From Chloroflexota bacterium (GTDB lineage: Bacteria; Chloroflexota; Limnocylindria; Limnocylindrales; CSP1-4), in assembly GCA_031431395.1 (NCBI GenBank), contig JANPDJ010000124.1, forward strand, positions 1 through 43,771: a stretch of DNA of 43,771 nt, read 5' to 3'. The notes under the pieces are model-generated. The model made no database searches, was not told the origin of the DNA, and saw only the letters and a program-made list of their open reading frames with translations. Positions 16,536 through 27,685 of the stretch are shown in pieces (position 1 is the first letter of the stretch; each line of letters starts with the position of its first letter). The translations under genes and the position numbers were made by a program.

Positions 16536-16556
16536 TGATATACTCCCTGGGAGTAT
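16536..16556 (+). promoter_or_regulatory. CsoR/RicR-type operator ATACTCCC-T-GGGAGTAT overlapping an extended -10 (TGnTATACT)
   Basis: Perfect palindrome at 16540-16556 with TAC..GTA ends around C/G tracts, 26 nt upstream of the YHS-copA operon. Confidence 0.8.
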
Positions 16557-16582
16557 CAGAGAACCAAGTGAGGCATGGTGTG

Positions 16583-17077
16583 ATGGAACTGACAGTGCTC
16601 GAGCCCACAGCCGTCGGGCTGCGTGCCGGCTACAGCTGCCCATGTGGGTGCACCCCCGCAGTGAGCTACCAACGGGGGGCTGAGCTTGTCGAAGAGGGCT
16701 GCTGCTGTGGCAACCAGTTCGCGGTTGGTCCCCGCGCCGCGGCAAGCCTGGTCGCGACCCCGGGCTTCCACGCTGAAGCACAGTCGTTCGACTCGCCTTG
16801 GGGAGAGCGCCTCGAAGCGGCCTGGCTCGTCGGGCCCAGCGTCCACGGCCCGGTCACATCGCACGACCACGATCACGAGGAGCACGGCACGTCTGCGGGC
16901 GGCCCCGTGATCGATCCGGTATGCGGCATGACTCTCGAGCCCGGGGCGGCCCAGGCCAGGGCCCTCCACCTCACCTACGGGGGCACTGACTACTTCTTCT
17001 GCGGGAAGGGCTGCCGGCTCGAGTTCGAGGAGGATCCGGAGCGCTACCTGGATCCGGCCTACGTCCCTTCGATGTGA
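16583..17077 (+). CDS. Cys-rich N-terminal domain + His linker + YHS/TRASH domain, putative copper chaperone
   Basis: CPCGC and CCCG motifs, HDHDHEEH, DPVCGM...FCGKGC...DPERYL. Confidence 0.8.
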   Translation: MELTVLEPTAVGLRAGYSCPCGCTPAVSYQRGAELVEEGCCCGNQFAVGPRAAASLVATPGFHAEAQSFDSPWGERLEAAWLVGPSVHGPVTSHDHDHEEHGTSAGGPVIDPVCGMTLEPGAAQARALHLTYGGTDYFFCGKGCRLEFEEDPERYLDPAYVPSM

Positions 17078-17086
17078 GGTCGGTCC

Positions 17087-19507
<2,421 letters not shown>

Positions 19508-19530
19508 CCGTTGCGTTGGGACCTTCACGG

Positions 19531-20784
19531 CTAGATCCCCTGAGCGGCCGAGAGGGTCCCGAGGACCAGCGCGACGATCCCGGCCGCAACGGCGGTCGCC
19601 GGCAGCGTCGCTGTGAACGTGCGCTGCTCGACACGGAGTCGAAGCAGGAGTTGCCGGAACGCGGCGTACACCGCGAATGCGGCGACGAAGATGAGTCCGT
19701 GGATCAACGGCAGATTCGCAACAACAAGGACGAAGGCCACGACGCCCAGGGCGAGGCCCACCATAGACTCCACTAATTGGGTAGGGATTCGGCGGGCGCC
19801 GACGCGACGATCCGACGACCAGATCCCCCAGCGCGAGCTCGTGCAGCGGCCCGCACAGCAGCCGGTCAGGAAGCATCCCACGCGGCCGATCGCGACAGCC
19901 AGAAACATCCCGGGCGCCATTGCGTCCAGATACAGGCCGATCGGCAGTCGCTGGGCGAAGAGCACCAGGGCCGCGACGACAGGCGCGACGACGAGGAACC
20001 CGTCGACCGCCCAGCCGCCCCTGATCATGGACTCCTTCGGATGCAGGAAGGCGTACCACACCTTCGCGCCGATCAGGCCTGCGAGAATCGCGGTGAGTGA
20101 GACTGCCACGGTCTGGGCACCTCCGATCCGGGGCACGAGCAGGATTGCCTGCAGCACCACGGCGATGGCAATGCCGGCCACGGCGAGAGCCGTGTAGATC
20201 CCCGGGATCACGGCGGGTAACGCGGCGAGTGGCGCGACGAGGGCCATTCGCGTGCTGAGTGGCGTCGATTCAGCATCGTCGAGCCGCCAGTGGCGCCACG
20301 ACCACCGTCCGCGTGGAAGGTATTGATGCGTGGCCCGTCTGGTACCTGGGTGCGGCGTCAGCCAGGAAGGACCGGTCGGCCGTCGCGCGATCTCGGCATC
20401 GACATTCCACCGCCCGGGTTCGAGCCCGTAGATCGTTGCGGTGATCGACACGGGTCCGGTGTCTGGAGCGATTCCCTCGATGGTTTCGTGGTGCTCGAAC
20501 GTTGCGCCTGGGACCGCCTTCCCATCACCCGAGACGAGTCGCCCGGTGTAACGCACGGTCGCCGAGTACGGTTCCGTCCCTGACTCAGCGGTGAACCAGT
20601 GGCTGACGACCAGCGCCTCAAGCTCGATGGGCTTCGACGCGGCAGTCTCGCCGGTGATCCCGGTTACGGACGCAACAGCCGCCCCGGCACGGGCGACGAC
20701 CGCCGGCGTGGCAGCCTGCCGTGGTTGCGCGGTGGTGCGCCGGCGTGCTGGCCTTGGTCTCCCCGATGCCACGGCAGCCTCCAC
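19531..20784 (-). CDS. Divergent prolipoprotein diacylglyceryl transferase (Lgt)-like protein with extra N-terminal soluble domain
   Basis: GLIGAKVWY, YLDAMAPG..AIGRVGCFLTGCCAG, RRIPTQLVES. About 180-aa soluble N-terminal extension. Confidence 0.75.
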   Translation of the reverse strand: MEAAVASGRPRPARRRTTAQPRQAATPAVVARAGAAVASVTGITGETAASKPIELEALVVSHWFTAESGTEPYSATVRYTGRLVSGDGKAVPGATFEHHETIEGIAPDTGPVSITATIYGLEPGRWNVDAEIARRPTGPSWLTPHPGTRRATHQYLPRGRWSWRHWRLDDAESTPLSTRMALVAPLAALPAVIPGIYTALAVAGIAIAVVLQAILLVPRIGGAQTVAVSLTAILAGLIGAKVWYAFLHPKESMIRGGWAVDGFLVVAPVVAALVLFAQRLPIGLYLDAMAPGMFLAVAIGRVGCFLTGCCAGRCTSSRWGIWSSDRRVGARRIPTQLVESMVGLALGVVAFVLVVANLPLIHGLIFVAAFAVYAAFRQLLLRLRVEQRTFTATLPATAVAAGIVALVLGTLSAAQGI

Positions 20785-20807
20785 GTGGTTCGATCAGGGC
20801 CCGATAC

Positions 20808-20825
20808 TACTACACGAGCATAGTA
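20808..20825. promoter_or_regulatory. BlaI/CopY-type palindrome TACTAC-N6-ATAGTA upstream of the lgt-like gene
   Basis: AT-rich near-palindrome 23 nt upstream of GTG 20784, resembling the actinobacterial BlaI box TAC(G/T)AC-Nn-GT(A/C)GTA. Confidence 0.55.
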
Positions 20826-21072
20826 AAGACTCCCGGGCAGGCTCATCTGAACCTGGCGCCTCTGCTACGAAGTCCGGACGGTGTGGCGCCCGGCGCCGGG
20901 ATGGCGCCAGGCCCGGGCTGGCGCCGGGCCCGGCGTTCGCTCGCGCGATGGGCCGACCCTCGGTCAGCCTGCCCGGGCACACACCCTTGATGGCGACCCG
21001 CGCGCCGGTGATCCCCATTCCGGCACCGGCGGGTGGCCCCGCGAGGATGGCGATGTTCGACCTGGACGGTCT

Positions 21073-21546
21073 CTAGCCCGTCACCGTGATCATGGCTTTC
21101 ATGCCGGCGCCGTAGTGTCCCGTGACATGACAGCCGGCCAGGAACTGGCCTGCTGCACTGAAGGTGTGCACCAGCTCCTTTGTTTCACCCGGCTTCAGGA
21201 CGATCCCGTCCGCTTCGTCGTGCAGCATGGTCCCGCCCATCGACATCATCTCCTGCTCGTGGGCGCCCTGGGCTACCTCGTCGCCCAAGTAGAACTCATG
21301 GTCGATCGCGCCGGCGTTGGTCACCACGAATCGGATGGCCTCTCCGGCCTTGACGGTCAGCTGGGAGGGCTCCATCCGAAGCGAGTCGGTCAGCTTCACG
21401 GTGATGGCCTCGGGGCGGGAGCTCGCTGACGCAGCGGGTGGCGGTGACGATGGAGACGCGGTGGGCGCGATGGTGGAACCGGCGCCGGAGCAGGCGGCTA
21501 CGAGGAAAAGGAGGATGGGGCCCAGGGCGAAGTGGCGAAGGTTCAT
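21073..21546 (-). CDS. Cupredoxin (type-1 copper) lipoprotein
   Basis: Lipobox LVAAC, DHEF, CHVTGHYGAGM, His/Met patch HEQEMMSMGG. GGAGA RBS. Confidence 0.85.
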   Translation of the reverse strand: MNLRHFALGPILLFLVAACSGAGSTIAPTASPSSPPPAASASSRPEAITVKLTDSLRMEPSQLTVKAGEAIRFVVTNAGAIDHEFYLGDEVAQGAHEQEMMSMGGTMLHDEADGIVLKPGETKELVHTFSAAGQFLAGCHVTGHYGAGMKAMITVTG

Positions 21547-21671
21547 CGTTCTCCTGTGTGAGCGATTCGGCGCAGCGTGGATATCGCGCGTCGCGCAGTG
21601 GCAATTGGGGGGAGCGCCGCTCGACGCCCGGGAGATCGTACCTGGGGGCCGTCAGCGGCCCTGACCGTCCG

Positions 21672-21968
21672 TCAGTCGCACCGCCACTCGCTCGGCGGCG
21701 AATGGCCATGTCCGCCATCGCAGCACTTCTCCTCAGATCCGGCGAGGTAACGCTCGGGATCTGCTTCCAACCGCGCGCAGCAGACAGGCAGGACGACCTG
21801 CTCGGAGCAGGCGGCGGTCTCCTCTCGGCGAAACAGGGGGCGGACCGGCCGCCCGGCGACGAGCACATCGCCCACCACGACCTCGTCGACGGGGATCTCG
21901 TGCGCCGCCGTCCGGAGCGAAAGGGTCCCAGTCGGGTCGGTGGCACCCGTGGGAGCCGAGTTGGTCAT
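21672..21968 (-). pseudogene. In-frame mosaic of P-type ATPase, cupredoxin and YHS gene fragments
   Basis: HEIPVDEVVVGDVLV (actuator-domain-like), then AGRPVRPLFRREETAACSEQVVLP (cupredoxin-like), then CCARLEADPERYL..CCDGGHGH (YHS end). Confidence 0.55.
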
Positions 21969-22202
21969 GATCCTGTGTCCCGTTTCCCTTCGGCTGATCG
22001 GCGGCTCGATCATCGAGCCTCTCGTCCGAGCTTGATCCCTGGACCTGAGAGCGATGTGAGTGGTGGCTGAGATCCTCGACCTCGGACGTCGTGCGGCCCT
22101 TGTAGTGCTCGTCCGAACCCTCACCGCCGTGACCTGCGTGCCCCCGTGCCCGCCATGGCCACCGACGTGCATCAAGAGCATTCCGCCGACGAGGCCCGCG
22201 TA
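21937..22202 (-). pseudogene. 5'-truncated, frameshifted small His/Gly-rich membrane protein gene (DUF2933-like)
   Basis: YAGLVGGMLLMHVGGHGGHG continues as GHAGHGGEG...DHDQLGSHGCH only if one G is added to the G5 run (plus-strand C5 at 22141-22145). Confidence 0.45.
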
Positions 22203-22218
22203 ACGGCATCGTGAGCTC

Positions 22219-22746
22219 CTATGTGGCTGGTCGGGAATCGCCAGATGCCCAGAGGCAGCCGGCAATCCACGCGAGCAGCGCGAAGACAGCGGCAACCAAC
22301 CCAGCGCCCGGGTCGAGGAGAAGCACCGAAACCAGCGCGACCAGTGGGAGCGAGCACAGCCATAGCACCAGTGCTGTTCCGAGGGGGCTTTCCCCTTGGG
22401 AGGTATCGCCGCGCAGGCTTCGGAGGATCGACCAGCGCTCGCCACGCCTGAACTCGATCTGGCCGTGATAGCGGCCCATCGCGCACGTGAACCGCACCTC
22501 ACCAGGCGGCTGGGGCGGAAGCACGATCGTGGTGTCCGCGGACGGGGCGAGACGTCGTTCCAACCGCGGCGAAGAGAACACCACCCGCTCGGAGCAGGCT
22601 TCGTTGTCCAGGCGATGGAAGACGAGCCGAAGCGGCGCGTCGGCTCGGGCGACGATCGATTGGGGTCGATAGCCGTGATCGACTGTGATCTCCACCTGCT
22701 GCTCGCCGGCGGCATCCGTTCGCGCCCGCATCGGGTGGGCGACCAT
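22219..22746 (-). CDS. CupA/EfeO-type cupredoxin domain with C-terminal transmembrane hairpin
   Basis: ITVDHGYRP, ACSERVVF, FTCAMGRYHG, two C-terminal TM helices. Confidence 0.8.
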   Translation of the reverse strand: MVAHPMRARTDAAGEQQVEITVDHGYRPQSIVARADAPLRLVFHRLDNEACSERVVFSSPRLERRLAPSADTTIVLPPQPPGEVRFTCAMGRYHGQIEFRRGERWSILRSLRGDTSQGESPLGTALVLWLCSLPLVALVSVLLLDPGAGLVAAVFALLAWIAGCLWASGDSRPAT

Positions 22747-22749
22747 CGC

Positions 22750-22935
22750 TCAGAAGATCCGCGTGACGAGGAGCCCGGTCAGCACGACCAGGGCGATGAG
22801 CGCAAGCTGGTGAGAAACAACGGCGCCCATGGCGCTGGCGCCGGTCGTCATCATGGCGCCGCCCAGAAGCAGAACGTCGGCGAGGGCGAGGATCACGACA
22901 ATCAGCAACAGCGTGATCAGGGTGTCATTCGGCAT
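22750..22935 (-). CDS. Small two-TM membrane protein
   Basis: 61 aa, hydrophobic, GGAMM motif. Sits directly behind a hexamer-repeat promoter and is probably leaderless. Confidence 0.65.
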   Translation of the reverse strand: MPNDTLITLLLIVVILALADVLLLGGAMMTTGASAMGAVVSHQLALIALVVLTGLLVTRIF

Positions 22936-22957
22936 GACGACACTTCACCGGTTGAAC

Positions 22958-22996
22958 CTGAAGGTCTGATGAGCCACGGGTAACGGCCGACTGAGA
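22958..22996 (-). promoter_or_regulatory. OmpR-family (MprA-box-like) hexamer array, 11-bp period
   Basis: Plus strand CTGAAG 22958, ATGAGC 22969, GTAACG 22980, CTGAGA 22991. Confidence 0.65.
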
Positions 22997-23011
22997 AGTG
23001 CGTCAGAGCGC

Positions 23012-23878
23012 TCAGACCGTGAGGAGGATGCCGAAGCCAAGCGCGAGGACCACGATGGCCAGGACGGTCTTCGTTCCACCCGCGTGCTCGAGATGCCAGC
23101 GGTTGACGACGCGGATCAAGCCGGGCCGGCTCGCGAGGACGAGGAGCGCAACCAGCGGCGTGATGTACGCCAGGTTGTAGAGAGCGAGGCCTCCGAGGCC
23201 GGCCGCGACCGTCCCGCTGGCGCCCAGTAGCGCAATAACGCCGAGGTAGACGGCCCCACTGCACGGCACCGTGCAGAGTCCAATGAGCACGCCACCACCG
23301 AAGAGTGCCCCTCGGGAAGTCGAGCGCGCCCAGTCACGCATCCGGCCATGCAGCGCATGTGGCGCTTCCAGCTGCCAGCGGGCATCCGGCACCAGAACAT
23401 CGCGCAGCATCCAGAGACCCATCCCGACTGCGGCAAGCGCCGCGATGCGGCTTGGCAGGTGGTTGCCGCCGAACCCGGTGAGCGACGCGACGACCGTCAG
23501 GAGTCCCAGCCCCAGCAGGAAGTACGTCAGCAGGACGCCCGCGACGAAGAACGCCCCAAGGCCGAGGACCGTCCGACTGGCCGTAGACGCGTCTGGTCCG
23601 CCACCGTGCCCCGTGGAAGCGAGAGATTGCCGCGCAGCGAGACCAAGAGCGAATGTGGCGAACAGGATCAGGACACCGAACGCGCACGGGTTGAAGCCGT
23701 CGAGGAAGCCGGCTGCAATGATTGCGGGCACACCGAGATCTCCAAGCGCCTGGTGGTCCATGGGTCGAGGAGCGACGGTGAGGATGGCTCCAGCCGACGC
23801 CAGGACGACGATCCCAACAGCGAGGAGCAGCAGCTGCCGCGGCCGGGTGTTCGATGCGTTGACAGCCCCGCGCGTCAC
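23012..23878 (-). CDS. CcdA/DsbD-beta family transmembrane electron transporter
   Basis: GFLDGFNPCAFGVL and LCTVPCSGAVY paired PC motifs, 6-7 TM helices. Confidence 0.8.
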   Translation of the reverse strand: MTRGAVNASNTRPRQLLLLAVGIVVLASAGAILTVAPRPMDHQALGDLGVPAIIAAGFLDGFNPCAFGVLILFATFALGLAARQSLASTGHGGGPDASTASRTVLGLGAFFVAGVLLTYFLLGLGLLTVVASLTGFGGNHLPSRIAALAAVGMGLWMLRDVLVPDARWQLEAPHALHGRMRDWARSTSRGALFGGGVLIGLCTVPCSGAVYLGVIALLGASGTVAAGLGGLALYNLAYITPLVALLVLASRPGLIRVVNRWHLEHAGGTKTVLAIVVLALGFGILLTV

Positions 23879-24387
23879 GTCGTCACCGTGAGCTTGCCCT
23901 GCATCGACGGGTTCGCCTTGCCGCCGCAGCAGATGTCGCAGTACCAGCTGTACGTTCCAGCCGTGGAAGGGGCCGTGAACTCGAACACCTTGCTGCTCTC
24001 GGGCCCTACCTTCCAGTTGATGCTGAGTGCATCGATCGCGAACTGATGCCAGCCGCCGCCGTCGCTATGCATCGAGCTGTCCATGCTGGCGAGCTCGATC
24101 TTCACCGGCTGACCGGCCTTGACCGTCAGGGCCGCCGGGTCGAACCCGCCCATGCTGGCGTGCACCTGGATCGCTGCTGAGTCGGTAGCAGCAGGCCCCT
24201 GGAGCCGGATTAGGACGAGCGAGATGGCGCCGCCTCCAACGACGAGGGCGATGATGGCGAAGACAGCGAGCCGGAGCGGCCGAGGGAGATGGCGCTCCCC
24301 CCGTCGACGTTGTTCGCCTCCTGCCGCTCGGCGTACAGCCCGCGGCTGGAGTGCATCGACGCGGCCGTGGGAGTCTTGATCGCTCAT
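23875..24387 (-). CDS. Membrane-anchored cupredoxin with atypical CxxCC copper loop
   Basis: TM anchor, SMHSDGGGWHQF, WYCDICCGGKANPSMQG. Confidence 0.8.
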   Translation of the reverse strand: MSDQDSHGRVDALQPRAVRRAAGGEQRRRGERHLPRPLRLAVFAIIALVVGGGAISLVLIRLQGPAATDSAAIQVHASMGGFDPAALTVKAGQPVKIELASMDSSMHSDGGGWHQFAIDALSINWKVGPESSKVFEFTAPSTAGTYSWYCDICCGGKANPSMQGKLTVTT

Positions 24388-24778
24388 CGTCTCGTCCCTT
24401 CTTCAAGTGCAACGTGGGATGGTGCCGCCGCGCTGCTGGCGGTACGTGCGTCACCAACACGGAGCCCGTTCCTGCTGAGCGCCGTGGGCAACAATCCGTC
24501 GACCTCGGGCTGCGACTCGCGGCTCGCCAGGCAGTCGCGAAGCCCCAGCGCAACGAGTCTCACCAGCAGGGAGTCCAGAGAGCCGCGCGCGGCTCGCAGT
24601 TGCTGCGTGACCTGCGGGAACGGCTGGGTTGTGCCGATCATGGCGGCGAGCGCGCTGACCTGGCCGCTCGCCGGCGGTCGCCGTTAGCGGACCGGTCGGC
24701 GCGTCCGAGCAGCGCAGTCGCGCCAACGACCGCCACAACAACGAGTACTCCCGCCGCCAGACAGCCGATCGCCTTCAC
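24384..24778 (-). CDS. Frameshifted CsoR/RcnR-fold protein with N-terminal transmembrane helix
   Basis: GGAGG RBS and GTG 24778 give MKAIGCLAAGVLVVVAVVGATALLG. Adding one base near 24671 joins this to ASGQVSALAAMI..FPQVTQQLRAARGSLDSLLVRLVALGLRDCL (132 codons including stop). Confidence 0.6.
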
Positions 24779-24819
24779 CAGGATTCCTCCCTAGGTGACA
24801 ACGAGCGTCGAGTGGCGCG

Positions 24820-24858
24820 GTGAGTCGGGCGTGAGTGGAACCTGAATGCCGGCTGAGA
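24820..24858 (-). promoter_or_regulatory. OmpR-family (MprA-box-like) hexamer array, 11-bp period
   Basis: Plus strand GTGAGT 24820, GTGAGT 24831, CTGAAT 24842, CTGAGA 24853. GACGCT follows 10 nt downstream on the minus strand. Confidence 0.7.
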
Positions 24859-25040
24859 AGCTGGCTGATGGCACTTCGGGCCCTGGAGAAACCGTCGGGC
24901 AAAGCAGCCTGGCGGGGCTGATTCAATGCGATCTCTTGGGCAAAGTCCTCGCGGGGAGCGACGTCAAGATCAGCACGTCTTTCCTATGGCCCTGTCGTAG
25001 GTGCACAATGGACAGAATGCCCGAACGAGCGAGGAACCCT

Positions 25041-27605
25041 ATGACCGGCGTATTCGAGGCGGGCGGTCTGCTCCGCGCAAGCAGTGCCCAGGCGCTCGAG
25101 ACTTACCTGCGTCGGCAGGCGGGTATTCGTGACGCGCAGGCGAATGCTGTCTCTCAGACTGTCACCGTCGCATACGACGAGAGCGCGCTGAACGCGGACG
25201 CCGTCCGAACGCTCATCGAGCGCTTCGGGTGCAACTGCGGCGGGATGGTTGTCCCGTCCAACCTGTGCCGGGACGAGCAACCGGCCGTCATTGGCAGCAC
25301 GGTCCCGCATCGCGGTGGAGATGCGTCCACGGTTGCGGCCGAGCGCCTCGGCCACGCGCTGCCTGCGCTGGCCACCCCCGGGGCTGCCGAACACGCTGGG
25401 CACCGGATGACAATGCCGGCCGCAGGCGCGCCGGATGCCGCGCCACACGGACTGCACGCTGAACACACGATGGCAATGCCGGCAGCCGCTGGTGGAGAGA
25501 ACGCGTCCGAGCACGCGGGACACGCGCTTGCCGTCCCCGGCGTTCGCGCCCCGGCAGCAGGCGAAATGACCCAGATGGCCCACGCCATGGGACATGACGT
25601 CGGGATGACCATGGACCAGATGGTCCTCGACATGCGCAACCGCTTCATCGTCGCATTCATCCTGGCGATCCCGATCTTCCTGTACTCGCCGCTCGCGACC
25701 GAGGTCTTCAGGATCCGCCTCGGAACTCCGTTCGGCGTCGACCCGAACCTCCTCGCCTTCGTCCTCGCGACTCCCGCCGTCGCATGGAGCGGGAAGATGT
25801 TCTTCGTCGGGGCGTATCGGGCCCTCCGCAACGGGACGCTCGACATGTCGGTCCTGGTCGCCCTTTCGGTCGGCAGCGGCTACCTGTTCAGCGTCGCCGC
25901 GACCTTCCTGTTCAAGGGTGAGGTCTTCTACGAGGCGGCGGTCGTCCTGCTGGCGTTCGTTCTCTTCGGACACTGGCTCGAGATGCGCGCTCGGGCCGGG
26001 GCCTCGGATGCGATCAAGGCGCTCCTAAACCTCACGCCGCCGAAGGCGACCGTGATCCGAGGCGGCGAGCCGATCGAGATCCCGACGGCAGAGGTCGTCA
26101 TCGACGACATCGTCCTGATCCGGCCCGGCGACAAGGTCCCGGTCGACGGCGTCATCATCGATGGCAGCTCGGCGGTCGACGAATCCATGATCACGGGCGA
26201 GAGCGTGCCGGTCGAAAAGACGGTTGGCTCGAATGTCATCGGCGCGTCGATCAACAAGACCGGCACCTTCCGGTTCAAGGCGACGAACGTCGGCGCGGAC
26301 ACCGCCCTTGCCCAGATTGTCAAGCTCGTCCAGCTCGCCCAGAATTCGAAGGCACCGGCGCAGCGGCTGGCCGACCGGGCGGCCCAGTGGCTCGTTGCGG
26401 CAGCCGTCATCCTCGGGCTCATCACGTTCTTCGGATGGCTGACGATCGGCGGCTCGACGTTCGTCTTCGCCCTCACGCTCGCCATCACCGTCGTCATCAT
26501 CGCCTGCCCCGATGCGCTGGGCCTGGCCACACCGACAGCGATCATGGTCGGTACCGGTCTGGGGGCGCTCAACGGCATCCTGTTCAAGAACGCGACCGCG
26601 CTCGAGCAGGCCTCGAAGATCGGGGTGGTGATCTTCGACAAGACCGGCACGCTGACCGTCGGCCAGCCGCGCGTCGTCGAGCTGATCGGCGCCGGCAACC
26701 CCGTCAGCGAGGATGAGGTTCTGCGACTCGCGGCGTCGGCGGAGGCCTCCAGCGAGCATCCACTCGCGCAGGCCGTGGTGGACGCGGCGAAGGAACGCAA
26801 GCTCGCACTCGTTGCGGCGACCGGCTTCAACGCCGTCCCGGGCCACGGGCTTGAGGCGACGGTGGACAGCCGGGCGGTCCTCGTGGGGAATGCCAAGCTC
26901 ATGCGGGACCGCACCATCGACTTCGCCGCGCTTGAGTCCCGAGCCGATGAGCTGGAAGGCGCCGGTCGCACGGTGGTGCGGGTCGCCGTCGATGGCAAGG
27001 CGGGCGGCCTGATCGCCATCGCAGACGCGGTCCGGCCCAGCGCGAAGGAGACGATCGAGCGCCTCCACAACCTCGGCATCCAGGTGGCGATGTTGACCGG
27101 CGACAACCGGGCCACCGCCGAGCGGATCGCCGCCGAGCTCGGACTCGACACCGTATTCGCGGAGATCCTGCCGGGCCAGAAGGCCGACAAGGTCAAGGAA
27201 CTCCAGGCCGCCGGCAAGCTGGTGGCCATGGTTGGCGACGGGATCAACGACGCCCCGGCCCTCGCCCAGGCTGACGTCGGGATCGCGATCGGCGCCGGCA
27301 CGGACGTCGCGGTGGAGACAGCCGACATCGTGCTGATGAAGAGCGACCCGGTTGACGTGCTGGGCGCCATCGCCCTGTCGCGTGCGACCGTCAGGAAGAT
27401 GCGCCAGAACCTCTTCTGGGCCGTCGGGTACAACTCGGTCGCGTTCCCGATCGCGATGGGTCTCTTCTACCCTGCCTTTGGGTTTGTCCTCCGGCCCGAG
27501 ATCGCGGCGATCAGCATGGCCGGAAGCTCGTTCCTCGTGGCCGTGAACGCGCTACTCCTGAAGCGTACGAAGCTCGAGGGGATCCGCCGCTACGGCGCAA
27601 CCTGA
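25041..27605 (+). CDS. Copper-type P1B ATPase with CPD transmembrane motif and His/Met-rich N-terminal linker
   Basis: GAGGA RBS before ATG 25041. Degenerate HMA fold followed by CNCG...C, EHAGH/M repeats, [33 protein letters not shown]. Confidence 0.9.
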   Translation: MTGVFEAGGLLRASSAQALETYLRRQAGIRDAQANAVSQTVTVAYDESALNADAVRTLIERFGCNCGGMVVPSNLCRDEQPAVIGSTVPHRGGDASTVAAERLGHALPALATPGAAEHAGHRMTMPAAGAPDAAPHGLHAEHTMAMPAAAGGENASEHAGHALAVPGVRAPAAGEMTQMAHAMGHDVGMTMDQMVLDMRNRFIVAFILAIPIFLYSPLATEVFRIRLGTPFGVDPNLLAFVLATPAVAWSGKMFFVGAYRALRNGTLDMSVLVALSVGSGYLFSVAATFLFKGEVFYEAAVVLLAFVLFGHWLEMRARAGASDAIKALLNLTPPKATVIRGGEPIEIPTAEVVIDDIVLIRPGDKVPVDGVIIDGSSAVDESMITGESVPVEKTVGSNVIGASINKTGTFRFKATNVGADTALAQIVKLVQLAQNSKAPAQRLADRAAQWLVAAAVILGLITFFGWLTIGGSTFVFALTLAITVVIIACPDALGLATPTAIMVGTGLGALNGILFKNATALEQASKIGVVIFDKTGTLTVGQPRVVELIGAGNPVSEDEVLRLAASAEASSEHPLAQAVVDAAKERKLALVAATGFNAVPGHGLEATVDSRAVLVGNAKLMRDRTIDFAALESRADELEGAGRTVVRVAVDGKAGGLIAIADAVRPSAKETIERLHNLGIQVAMLTGDNRATAERIAAELGLDTVFAEILPGQKADKVKELQAAGKLVAMVGDGINDAPALAQADVGIAIGAGTDVAVETADIVLMKSDPVDVLGAIALSRATVRKMRQNLFWAVGYNSVAFPIAMGLFYPAFGFVLRPEIAAISMAGSSFLVAVNALLLKRTKLEGIRRYGAT

Positions 27606-27685
27606 GCCTGAAACGGCCAGCAGGCGTGTCGCATTGGCAAGCGGCGGACGCATGTCCGAAGGTCGGTCGGCCGGCTGGCGGAGGT

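Noticed and set aside
16519-16544. TTGACG as the -35 partner of TATACT
   Set aside because: The spacer is only 14 nt. An extended -10 (TGn) explains the promoter better.
20852-20931. Nested GGCGCC inverted repeats as a structured ncRNA
   Set aside because: Very GC-rich low-complexity sequence pairs by chance. At most a terminator-like hairpin, with no recognisable family features.
20960-21060. Fur-like C-terminal remnant (minus strand GMGITGARVAIKGVCPG)
   Set aside because: The similarity is short, the second Cys is absent, and it cannot be supported without a search.
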